NCBI RefSeq assembly: GCF_006345805.1
Contig: NC_043018.1
Coordinates: 17,050,001 to 17,114,000 of the forward strand
From: Octopus sinensis
Taxonomy: Eukaryota
Length of the DNA: 64,000 bases
Direction of reading: 5' to 3'
The position numbers were made by a program, and so were the translations under genes. Positions 53,093 through 64,000 of the stretch are shown in pieces; the first letter of the stretch is position 1, and each line of letters starts with the position of its first letter. The notes below the pieces were generated by a model. The model was not told the DNA's origin and ran no database searches. It saw only the letters and a program-made list of their open reading frames with translations.

Positions 53093-53475
53093 CAAAGAGA
53101 GGTTGTGTGCTGTCTGTCTCCTACGATTTAGATTCCTAACTACTCCCACATTTTGCGGTGCAGTTTAACCAAAACCGGTATCTTATAGTCGTGATTCATA
53201 TCGAGCCCTTCTGGGTATTAGCGCGCGTCTACGATGAGTCTACGATTTAAAAAAAAATTACCATCAATTTTTCCCATTTTTAATGCATTTTTGGCATATA
53301 TAAGGGAGGTAACTGTCTAAAAATTTATTATTAAATCTCAGAACGTAAAAAGCTACAGTAACACCCCCCCTTTGTGGTTAACCATATTGAGATGGCTAGT
53401 ATACTTTACATCACTAAAAATGCTTATATAGTTATTTCCCTTACAAACCCGAGCAACGCCGGTCTATACTGCTAG
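53085..53475 (+). mobile_element. non-autonomous Helitron-like element
   Basis: Starts in (TA)n with GTCTGTC near the 5' end. The 3' end is CCCGAGCAACGCCGG hairpin + CTAG followed by T, the canonical Helitron terminus. Confidence 0.7.
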
Positions 53476-54770
53476 TGTATATATATATCGGTCTAAGGCT
53501 ATAGTATAAGATACTTGCTAAACGTTGTAACACTGTGGAGCTAGACTTGGAACTGTGAAATAAAAATCTTAAATTTGTATTGTGATTTTGCATTATATTA
53601 TCAGGCCCGAATTAATAATGGGTAAAGCGCTATTCGAACCCACCACAGAGAGGGAAAAAGTTCAATGAAAACTCGCTCTGCGTGTCCTGTCATTACACTG
53701 GCCACATTTAAATCACATAACACATGACCTTCGATTCTGTCTGAACCATGAACCCTCTTAATTAAAATGAATCTGATTAAATCTGTAGTTATGAAGCACG
53801 GAACATTAGAGTTAATAGCGACGGAAACTAATACGATAACGGCAATATATATAATTTTTGCTTTATTGTATCAACATGCTAATTTTTTTCTATTTCTTTT
53901 TTGGATTTTTTTTTTAGTTTTTGTTTTATATCATGGATATTGCTATCTTCCATTTTTTTTGTTAGTAAAGTACATAGATATTAACGACGTGAAATCGAAT
54001 CGGCTATAAATATCAACGTATCGATTGAAAACATCAGTAAGAGTTTCATCGATCATTTCCCTTGCAAATGTTTTACATCAGACAGGGGAAGAGATAACGT
54101 TTCAGTCTGGCTGCCATGTTAGCCGTGAAATTATGATGAAAATTCGCTCCATTTACTTGCTTCGAACTGAGTAATATCAAGTGCGTGCCGTAACTTCTAA
54201 ATCACTAGCTTCGTCTGCGTGTGTTGGCAACACTACTTAATCTAATTAAGTATTCTTTCGTTTTCAATAATATCCCTTTGAGATACGTTAATTCGTCTCT
54301 GAGATAAAAGAAGAGTGTCGTAAAATAAAACAAAAATATAATTAAAAAAATGAACATCAAACAAAATACATTTTATGTTGAAAATGAAATATTAAGTTTC
54401 ACAGCTCGAACCTCTTTTCTGTTATGTATGGTTCTGGGAATCGCCAACAGGTGGCGCTCTTCTGAGTCTCGAAATTCCGCCGTCTATTTTTACACCTATA
54501 TCCTTTCACTTGTGTCACGCAACAACAGAACGTAATATCAATATTACAAATCTAAATATGAGTGTCATTGTGAATTTAATAAGTGAATTGTATTAGAGTG
54601 GTTCGAATATAGAAGAGTTACTGATAGTAATGTTATTGCTATGAAATTCTACACTGTGCAGTCGATTTAGCAGGAAGAAGGTGCATCGCTAGATGCGCAT
54701 GGTGTTATATAATATAGAATATCATATAAAGAAGTCACGGTAACTGTTCGCAGCTGAATTTCTACGATTG

Positions 54771-55001
54771 ATATTTATTTCTTTACTGCCCACAAGGGGC
54801 TAAACACAGACGGGACAAACAAGGACAGGCAAACGGATTAAGTCGATTATATCGACCCAGTGTGTAACTGGTACTTATTTAATCGACCCCGAAAGGATGA
54901 ATGGCAAAGTCGACCTCGGCGGAATTTGAACTCAGAGCGTAACGGCAGATGAAATACGGCTACGCATTTCGCCCGGCGTGCTAACGTATCTGCCAGCTCG
55001 C
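54771..55001 (-). mobile_element. tRNA-derived SINE, family A
   Basis: Reverse complement of 122-357. Confidence 0.88.
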
Positions 55002-55019
55002 AGATTGATATTGATTATT

Positions 55020-55427
55020 TACAGGGGTTGAGTCAACTACATCAACCCAAGTATTCGACCGGTACTTATTTTATCGATCCTTAGGGGATAAAAGGTAAAT
55101 TTGATCCCGGTGTAGTTTGAACTCAGAACGTAAATTCTGAAGAAAGACCCGCTAAGCACTCTGTCCGGCATGCTACTGATTCTACAATCTCGCTGTCTTA
55201 CTATATAGCAAATATTGTTTTCAAAGGTTGAGATATGGTTTCGAGAAATGGGCTAAATCGGTTATATCGACCCCAATGCAAAACTGGTATTTATTTCATT
55301 GACCCTGGAAGGATAAAAGACAAATTTGACCTCGGTGAAATTTGAACTCACAACCATAAATTAGGACGCTATCCCGCTAAGCATTTCGCCCGCTGTGCTT
55401 AACGATCCTGCCTTTTCGCCGCCTTCT
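55020..55427 (-). mobile_element. two older family A-like SINE copies in tandem (55020-55200, 55250-55427)
   Basis: Each has GGTA.TTATTT.AT.GA.CC...GGATAAAAG..AAATTTGA.C.CGG...TTTGAACTCA and CCGCTAAGCA. Confidence 0.65.
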
Positions 55428-55698
55428 TTACAGGAAATATTCACTTCGGAATCTTGTGCTTAATTTCATAACTTTCATTTTGGGGCTGCGATTAAAATTC
55501 TGGGGTTTCTCTATTTATCAAGCAATTACAACACAAATTATTATCCATGTACTGTTATAATTAGTATATGGAAAATGTAAGCGTGAATCGCTTTAGATTC
55601 ACCTACCTTAACAGTGTAAGGAATTAAACGACTTCTCAGTGAACCGTTTGTTGTCCGAGAGCATTAAATACCTAGATAAACAGTCGTCTGTTTGTATT

Positions 55699-58140
55699 AT
55701 TAGAAATATTGAATTTCTAAATGTCTCAGAGAGACATGTACGGTGCTGTAGCGATATCGTGGTTGCATAGTGTCAACTCAACGTGACAGTCCCGTAAAGG
55801 AATTACACCACCGCCATTTAGCCCTAGGAAATATCGACGTTTCCTGTCGGCTTTGACACATTTTCTGTGTCCTTATATTTGCAAATATCGAATTTTCGTT
55901 AGTGGTCAGTTGATCGAATTTTCGCTAGTGGACAGTTGATCAATTTACACCAGTGGACAGTTGATCAAATTTTCGCTAGTGGAGAATTGATCGAATTTGT
56001 GCTAGTGTACGGTTGATCGAATTTACATAAACAATGTAAACTCATAGAGTTTGGAAGGTCATATACTAATTTAGTGAATATCAAATAGCTTTAAAAAATC
56101 AGAGTCCAGGACCTAGTCAGATACAGGAAGATATGTAGAAGAATAAGACAATAAACACTGCTGGGTAATTAGTGCACTTGGCGCAGCAATCAAACTGATT
56201 CCTGACAGGCTCAAGGATTTTCGCTAGTGGACAGTTGATCAAATTTACACCAGTGAACAGTTGATTGAATTTTCGCTAGTAGACAGTTGATCGAATTTAA
56301 ACCAGTAGACAGTTGATCGAATTTACATCAGTGGACAGTGGATCGAAATTGCGCTAGTGGAGAGTTGATCGAATTTTTGCTAGTGGACAGTCGCTCTAAT
56401 TTGTACAGTTAATCAAATTTTTGCTAGTGGACAGTTGATCGAATTTACACAAGTGGACAGTTGATTGAATTTTCGCTAGTGGAGATTTGATGGAATTTTT
56501 GCTAGTTGATCGAATTTGAAACATTTTCTGTGTCCTTATATTTGCAAATATCGTTAGTGGTCAGTTGATCGAATTAACACCTTTGAACAGTTGATCAAAT
56601 TTTCGCTAGTATACAGTTTATCGAATTTTCGCTAGTGACAGTTGATCGAATTTTCGCTAGTGGAGATTTGATCGAATTTGCACCAGTGGATATTTGATCG
56701 AATTTTCGCTAGTGGACAGCTGATCGAATTTGCACAAGTAGACAGTTCATTAAATTTTCGCTAGTGAACAATTGATCTAATTGACACCAGTGGACAGTTG
56801 ATCGAATTTACACCATTGGACAGTTGATCGAATTTTCGCAAGTGGATAGTTGATCGAATTTGCAGAAGTAGACATTTGATCGAATTTTCGCTAGTGGACA
56901 GTTGATCGAGTTCTTGCTAGTGGACAGTTGATCGAAGTTTCGCTAGTGGATAGTTTATCGAATTTTTGCTATTGGACAGTTGATCGAATTTGCAGAAGTA
57001 GACAGTTGATCGAATTTTCGCTAGTGAACAATTGATCGAATTTACACCATTGGACAGTTGATCGAATTTTCGCAAGTGGACAGTTGATCGAATTTGCACA
57101 AGTAGACATTTGATCGAATTTTCGCTAGTGGACAGTTGATCGAGTTCTTGCTAGTGGACAGTTGATCGAAGTTTCGCTAGTGGATAGTTTATCGAATTGT
57201 CTCTAGTGGACAGTTGATTGAATTAACACCTTTGGGCAGTTGACCGAATTTTCGCTTGTGGACAGTTTATCGAATTTCCGCTAGTGGACAGTTGATCAAA
57301 TTTTCTCTAGTGGACAGTTGATCGAATTTACCCTAGTCGACAGTTGATCGAACTTTCGCTAGTGGACAGTTGATCGTAGTTTCGCTAGTGGATAATTTAT
57401 AGAATTTTTGCTATTGGACAGTTGATCGAATTTGTGTAAGTGGACTGTTGATCGAATTTTCTCTAGTGGACAGTTGATCGAATTAACACCTTTGGGCAGT
57501 TGACTGAATTTTCGCTAGTGGACAGTTTATCGAATTTCCGCTAGTGGACAGTTGATCGAATTCTCTCTAGTGGACAGTTGATTGAATTTACCCTAGTGGA
57601 CAGTTGATCGAATTTTCGCTAGTGGACAGTTGATCGATTTTTTGCCAGTGGACAGTTGATCGAATTTAAACTAGTGGACAGTTGATCGAAATTACACCAG
57701 TGGACAGTTGGTCGAATTTTCGCTAGTTGACATCTGATCGAATTTACACCAGTGGGTATTTGATCGAATTTTCGCTAGTGGACAGCTGATCGAATTTGCA
57801 CAAGTAGACAGTTGATCAAATTTTCGCTAGTGGACAGTTAATCGAATTCTTGCTAGTGGACAGTTGATCGAATTTTTGCTGGTGGACAGTTGATCAAATT
57901 TACACAAGTAGACAGTTGATCGAATTTTCTCTGCCCTGATATTTTTTGTGTCCTTATATTATATAAGGACACAGAAAATGTGTCAAAACCGACAGGATAC
58001 GTCGATGTTTCCAAGGGCTAAATGGCGGTGGTGTAATTCCCTTACGGGACTGTCATGTTGAGTTGACAATATACAATTACTATATTGCTCCACCACTGCT
58101 CATGTCTCTCTGAGACATTTAGAAATTCAATATTTCTAAT
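55699..58140. mobile_element. long-TIR (foldback/MITE-like) element filled with satellite DNA
   Basis: 55699-55878 is the diverged reverse complement of 57961-58140 (~180 bp each). No TSD identified. Confidence 0.75.
55890..57932 (+). repeat. 26-bp satellite AGTTGATCGAATTTTCGCTAGTGGAC, roughly 70 units, interrupted at 56035-56215 and 56521-56553
   Basis: Direct reading. Variant units recur at 234-bp and 260-bp spacing. Confidence 0.97.
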
Positions 58141-58354
58141 TTTGGTGATCAGTAAATAAATTTTTCTGAAAATAGGATATATTTGCAGAGAGGTTGCAGT
58201 CATCTCAGCAAGCGAGGCTTGCGCGGTAACATCGCACGGAAGTGTTTGTATCGGTTTTTCGGATTTGCGGTTGTGAGTTGAATTCTGTTGATTATTGTTG
58301 TTGAAAACTGTTGCTTTGTGTTGAACGTTATAATTGTTGGATTCTTTGTTGGGT

Positions 58355-58738
58355 ATGCAAGCCAAGACTTATGCGAAGGCAGGAGGTAAAAGCCTGTCTG
58401 CGGACTCATTACAGTTAAAAGATATACTCATTGAGAAATAAAATCTGAGGAGATACTATGACAGCTTCATAAAGGAAGGAGACTGTCTTAGGATTACAAC
58501 ACCTGAAGACGAAGTTAAAAAAGCTGAGTAAAAACCCATAACATACAGAACATGGAGTGTGGTCTCAGAAAGAATAGAAGTGGAAGAAGTAGAAGAGATT
58601 GAAAAATGTTTACAAGAAATAAAAGGAAGATCTACATTCTACAATAGAGGTAGAAATAACGCAACAGTAGAAGTTCTCATTGAAAATGAAGATGAAGCAA
58701 AAAGGAATGCAATGACAGCGTTGAGATCAGCATTGTAA
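58355..58738 (+). pseudogene. possible decayed LINE ORF1 (gag-like) 5' fragment
   Basis: One continuous frame with two stops: MQAKTYAKAGG...EKCLQEIKGRSTFYNRGRNNATVEVLIENEDEAKR; preceded by a G/T-rich UTR-like stretch. Confidence 0.3.
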
Positions 58739-59489
58739 TCTAATCTATCTCTATCTCTTTATATATGTGTATGTCTATGGGTGTGTGTGTATGTATGCAT
58801 GTATATTGTATATGTATGTAATATATATGTATGTATAAATATACATATACACACTTATTTATATATACAGGTGCGTGTGAGTGCGTACGTGTGTGTGTGT
58901 GTATGTGTGTGTCTGTCTCTGTGTCTGTGTGTCTGTTTCTGTGTCTGTGTGTCCGTCGGTCTTCTCCATAATTAGCGTCTAAGATATTCCACTCCCAATA
59001 TTTTCGTTTAAGTTTTAGGAAAAAAGTAAATCGTAATTTTTTCTTGAAATGAAAGAAAAAAATTAAAAAGGGAAAAATACGAGGGGGTTCGTAAGTGATG
59101 AAACAATATTGAACGAATGTAGAAAATGTGCGAATGAATAAAATGACACGTCTTCAATGCTTTTATAGAAATCTCATGAATATCTAAAATTTACAATAAC
59201 CACTATCACGGCAACCGGCATAATACTAGCATTCTTAGCAGAAGAATCGAATCCAAATTTATTGATAGTATAGAAAACAATGCGATTATTCTTTGCTGTC
59301 AATTCTCAAGAGATTCCCATAAGTAGGTGTATTACCGTTATTTCTGTTTTTTATTTATTTATTTTTATTTTTGTTTTCGGTTTTGAACATAAAATCTTCC
59401 ACTTTAAATACAGGAAATCTTAGAAAAGCAATATGTCACAGAAACAAAGAATAGCAATTCTTTTTTATCAATACCCAACCTTATTGTAA

Positions 59490-59750
59490 TTTGCCGACTC
59501 CACCACCACCACCACCACCACCACCACTACCATCACCACGACCACCATCACCACCACCAGCAGCGCCACCAACGTTAGTCTCATCTTCTTTGCTTTTGTT
59601 CTTCTTGTCTTGCATAACATTCTTGTAATTCTTCCATTATCATTTCCCTCCTCTTTCTTCCGCAGTTTCTCGCTCTTCTTCTTCTCCTTCCTCTTCTTCT
59701 TCTTCTTCTTCTTCTTCTTCTTCTTCTTCTCTTCTTTTTCTTCTCTACCT
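59490..59750. repeat. (CAC)n and (CTT)n microsatellites
   Basis: Direct reading. Confidence 0.9.
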
Positions 59751-60334
59751 CCTGCTAGCACTGCACCACTTCCGCTCTCCATGATACACAATCTATCGAT
59801 GTTCTACAATCAATCAGATGCTGGTAGATTGTCTTATTGAAATTAATGTGCACCGAATTGATGTGAAATTCTGTCAGCATTTCAATTTACCAGTCATACA
59901 TCCGGTATCTATGGAAGTTATGCCAGACAGACAATGGCTTTTAATTTCGCCGATTTTCCCTAATATTTATTTTTGTTTCTTGCCACCAGAAGATTACCTG
60001 ATGACTGAAAATATTAGCATTTCACAGACTATAAATCAGAAAGATACTACATCACATGCTATTTACACTGAGCCAATACATTAAATACAGAGAATTTCCG
60101 TCATTAAATGATTGTCTGTGCACACAACTCAGACATTTACAGCCATTAACATAAATTAAAAAATGTTGAACTCAAATAAATCAATCGTTTAAACTCAGGT
60201 ATGAATGAGCATCGTTCGTCAATTGTTAAATTAAAACTTATGGAGTGATTTACCGGGTTACGCAAAAAATTAGCCATTCATTATCCCACCAACAAATACT
60301 AATTTGAAATATATATATATATATATATAATATA

Positions 60335-60366
<32 letters not shown>

Positions 60367-60481
60367 GATTCAAATACATATATGATTCAAACTAGATTAT
60401 ATATATATATATATATATATATGATTCAAACATATATAATATATATATGATTCAAATATATATACGATTCAAAATCTGACC

Positions 60482-60670
60482 GCGTGCGTATCGTTGCGAT
60501 TTTTCCTCCTCTTCCCTTCCTTGGATCTTTCCTTTCCTATGTTTCTGACGAAGAGCTCCGCTCGAAACGTTAAATCCTCCTTCTTTCTTTCCTTTCCTGA
60601 GCGTCCAATAACACTATACTTGTTCCACGTATTCGCGTCGTTGTGTTTTCATGTTTGGATTAAATTTATA
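60482..60670 (+). mobile_element. short hammerhead-bearing element, family H1 (diverged)
   Basis: Pyrimidine tract, hammerhead, then TTCCTGAGCG as in 13870-14080; (TA)-rich flanks. Confidence 0.6.
60541..60575 (+). ncRNA. minimal type I hammerhead ribozyme, canonical core
   Basis: gttt CTGACGA a gagc-tcc-gctc GAAA cg TT aaat; palindromic ACGT stem III. Confidence 0.7.
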
Positions 60671-61466
60671 CATATATATTTGTTAATATTTGAAATGTTA
60701 GAGTTATTTTTCGCTATTTATCCAATACAGCCCTTAAAAAGTAAATAGTATTTTCCTAAATAATAGATCCACTTATTTCGGTTAGTAACTTATTCACGAA
60801 TATACCAACACTAGCGCCGCTGAGGGCAATATGCTCTGGGAACACACAAAGGCTCTTTTCAGAGTTATTTACTTTGAATTGTTATTATCTCATATCTGAT
60901 TAGCCTGTTATTACACAGCATGCTTAACGATTTTAGTATACATGCCTTATTAGTTCTTTCCTCCTAAGTTCTATATACTCTAGAGATATTTTTAACCTAC
61001 GTACTTGTACTTGCTTTAGGATCATTACTATTAAAATAAATGTACATCAAGTTTGTATTAGATTTATGATATCGTCTATCGACCTGTAACAAGATTCAGA
61101 TTAAAATTTAAATAATTAACATAATCATGTTCGTTTTCAATGGAAATATATAAACCAAATCTTTTAAAAAATCCATAAAGTCTTTTCATATACAGATCCA
61201 ATATCCTATTGGATAGAATATTAATTAAAACAGTGCATCACTCTAATACAACCCACTTTTAAGTTTTGGAAATTCAATACCTAAATAAAACATAATGTAT
61301 AAACCTAGAACATCGGTACCTGGGCAGAATCAGCTGATCTCGTAGTGATATCAAAACCGTCATGACCATTTTTCTAATCTAGTATTTATCATCAAATAAA
61401 ATTATTGATTTTCTAGCGCCTAAAATTATTTTTAAAATGTCTTTTAAATAAGGTTAAATCTATTTT

Positions 61467-61829
61467 TCAAACGCAAATAGCAAATAAGTAAACATTTACA
61501 GACGTGTTTAACTTTACTGAGACTGGTGAGACAAAAGAACATTGGTGGAAATTAAAATTAAAACAGCCATCAAGGTAAAACACAACATCCCAGAGATTGT
61601 TGTGTGGGATCATAGGGAGATATGCTCTGTTGTGGAAATCAGCAGCGTTATGGACACGAATGTAGTAAAATATTGCTGAATCTGATATCTTGGGGAGAGA
61701 GCGCAAATCCTTCATTCTTACTCTGCAAAAGATCTCGATATCAGGGAATATAAAAATCTGCAACACCATCAAAAGAGTTAAAGGACTATGAATAAGTCCG
61801 ATGCTTTCTTTCACAATCTTGCTATGAAA
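61467..61829 (-). other. non-repetitive open frame of ~120 codons behind a splice acceptor; unidentified
   Basis: Acceptor ttatatttatatttcatag|; ...PDIEIFCRVRMKDLRSLPKISDSAIFYYIRVHNAADFHNRAYLPMIPHNNLWDVVFYLDGCF... Confidence 0.3.
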
Positions 61830-62144
61830 TATAAATATAAATAGCCGGGCATAATTTACTCACAATGAAAAAAAGTGAAAGAGAACCCACACACACACGC
61901 ACACACATAAATGCATACATACACATACATACATATATGCATACATACATGCAAAAATACGTACTTGCATATGTACGTACATATATAGATACACAAGTAT
62001 ACACATATATACACATGCACAGATAATTATATATAAATTATCTATAATGTCTATCAACAATGTTTGATTTAGCATCCACATTTCGTTAAATATATTCCTT
62101 TGAAGTCATTAAAAGTTAGTTCTTTAAAATATGGTGTGAATCGA

Positions 62145-62216
<72 letters not shown>

Positions 62217-62784
62217 ATATCTATCTATCTATCTGTCTTATCTATCTATTTGTTTGTTTTCTAACTATCTATCTGCCTATAAGTTTGGTTATCTATTCAT
62301 CTATATCTTCAAAAAAGTATTTTCGTACATGCATATAAATTATACGCACACACACACTTACACACACGCACACACTTGCAAGCAGGCACACACACACCTA
62401 CTCACACATACACATGCACATATAGACACATCTATACATGCAATATATACAAATACTTAATCACATATATATATTTGTAACAGAGTGCGTGTGTACGACA
62501 GATGAAAAAAATGATTCATTTTTTACGAAGATCATTTAATTAGCGTCATTAAAATATTGGAGAACATTGCATTATCTCATAATAGAATGTCAATGAAGAA
62601 TCCTTTTGTCTTGAAAAGAAAGCGATAATTTCATTTGATGTAACCTCGTAAATACCAATAAAGCAGAAAAAATATATCTATGTGTGTCTATATATGTGTG
62701 TGTGTTCGTGTGTGTGTATATATATGACTCTATGTATATACACATATAGATAAGCACACACACCACACACCATATATATATGTA

Positions 62785-62843
<59 letters not shown>

Positions 62844-63031
62844 CCAACACAAATTACAATACAATAGAAACATTTCTAAAGGTAGTGTTTTATGGAGCTA
62901 AAATAATGAAATAAAGAAGCAGCAAATTAACTTGCATTTTCTCCGGTTTATCTGAATAGTATATTTTTAAATTTTTTTTATATTATCTAGTTTCAGCTCA
63001 CGAGCTGTAGCATTGCTGGGGCACCGCCATT

Positions 63032-63064
<33 letters not shown>

Positions 63065-64000
63065 TATAATATATATTATATATATATATATCATTGATAA
63101 TTTCTATATATATAATGTATGTATGTATATCTAGATATATATATATATATGTGTACACATATATATATATGTATATATATATATGTATGTATATATATGT
63201 ATATATATATGTATATATATGTATATATATATATATATGTATATGTGTGTATGTGTAGATATATAGATAGATATGTAGATTGATAGATACTTTAATATCG
63301 AACAGTGAAAACACCCCATTAGTGAATACATTTTCTTTATTCTTGGATTAACCAAACTAACAATGGTTTCATGTTGAGCGAGATCAACATCACAGATGAA
63401 CGCTGTACCAAAAAAGATATAACGGAAGAATAAGAAATACCTTTGAAATAAGATATAGGAAAAAACCGGCTTCGGTCGGAGACAAAGACAAAACCGAAAT
63501 CCATATTCAATAAGGTTTAGACGGTGAAAGAAAGAAACGTGAACAGCACTGAGATTACCGGGCTCATTATTGTTACAGTCTAGAAATACCAGGGGGGGAG
63601 GAAGAAGCAAATGGGGACAGTGCTGCACTAAATATTATTACGTGAAAAGCAAATTGTTTAAATATTGGGATTGAAACTTTCTCCCTCTGTAATTACAAGC
63701 AACAGTTCACACTACGATATTTCAAGCCTGATCCATCACCTACATTGTCCCCCCACCCCCCACCCCAACCTGGAAAAGTGTTTTCTCTGAATGTCAACTA
63801 TAAGGGCATGGCGCATATCCATTACATCACCAGAAATGCAAGAAAGTCCCTGAGCTTACAGTGAGGCGAGTAATCCCGGGACGTAAGCTGGAGGTCAAAG
63901 TATGTGGCATATTTGTGAAATTCCACAATTATGTGCCAATATCTAAATAAGAACAAAATAAATAATGCAGATGCAGAGATGTGTGCCTGCATGTATTAAT

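Noticed and set aside
55890-57932. CRISPR-like array
   Set aside because: Units are contiguous 26-mers without unique spacers, the context is eukaryotic, and there are no cas genes.

Overview
Repeat-dominated, AT-rich eukaryotic DNA. It is very probably cephalopod (Octopus-like), inferred from the SINE families and the extreme microsatellite density. I found no intact, nameable protein-coding gene; almost all long ORFs in the supplied track are translations of microsatellites. Main contents: (1) A ~6.9 kb inverted-repeat structure (27211-34137). Its ~2 kb arms are near-identical and enclose a 5'-truncated Penelope-like retroelement (RT plus C-terminal GIY-YIG). Each arm carries a minimal hammerhead ribozyme motif: intact core on the left, GAAA core shortened on the right. 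(2) Four further short non-coding hammerhead-bearing elements from two other families, sitting in or beside (TA)n tracts. (3) A TIR-bounded element filled with a 26-bp satellite that has higher-order periods (55699-58140). (4) Two mariner elements, a Helitron-like non-autonomous element, a second decayed PLE RT, RTE, Dong/R4 and other LINE scraps, and many copies of three tRNA-derived SINE families. (5) A ~500-bp tandem triplication carrying a well-spliced hydrophobic minus-strand mini-exon, an old ~3 kb tandem segmental duplication, and several decayed coding-like minus-strand segments that may be a pseudogenised paralog array. All translations and alignments were done by eye.
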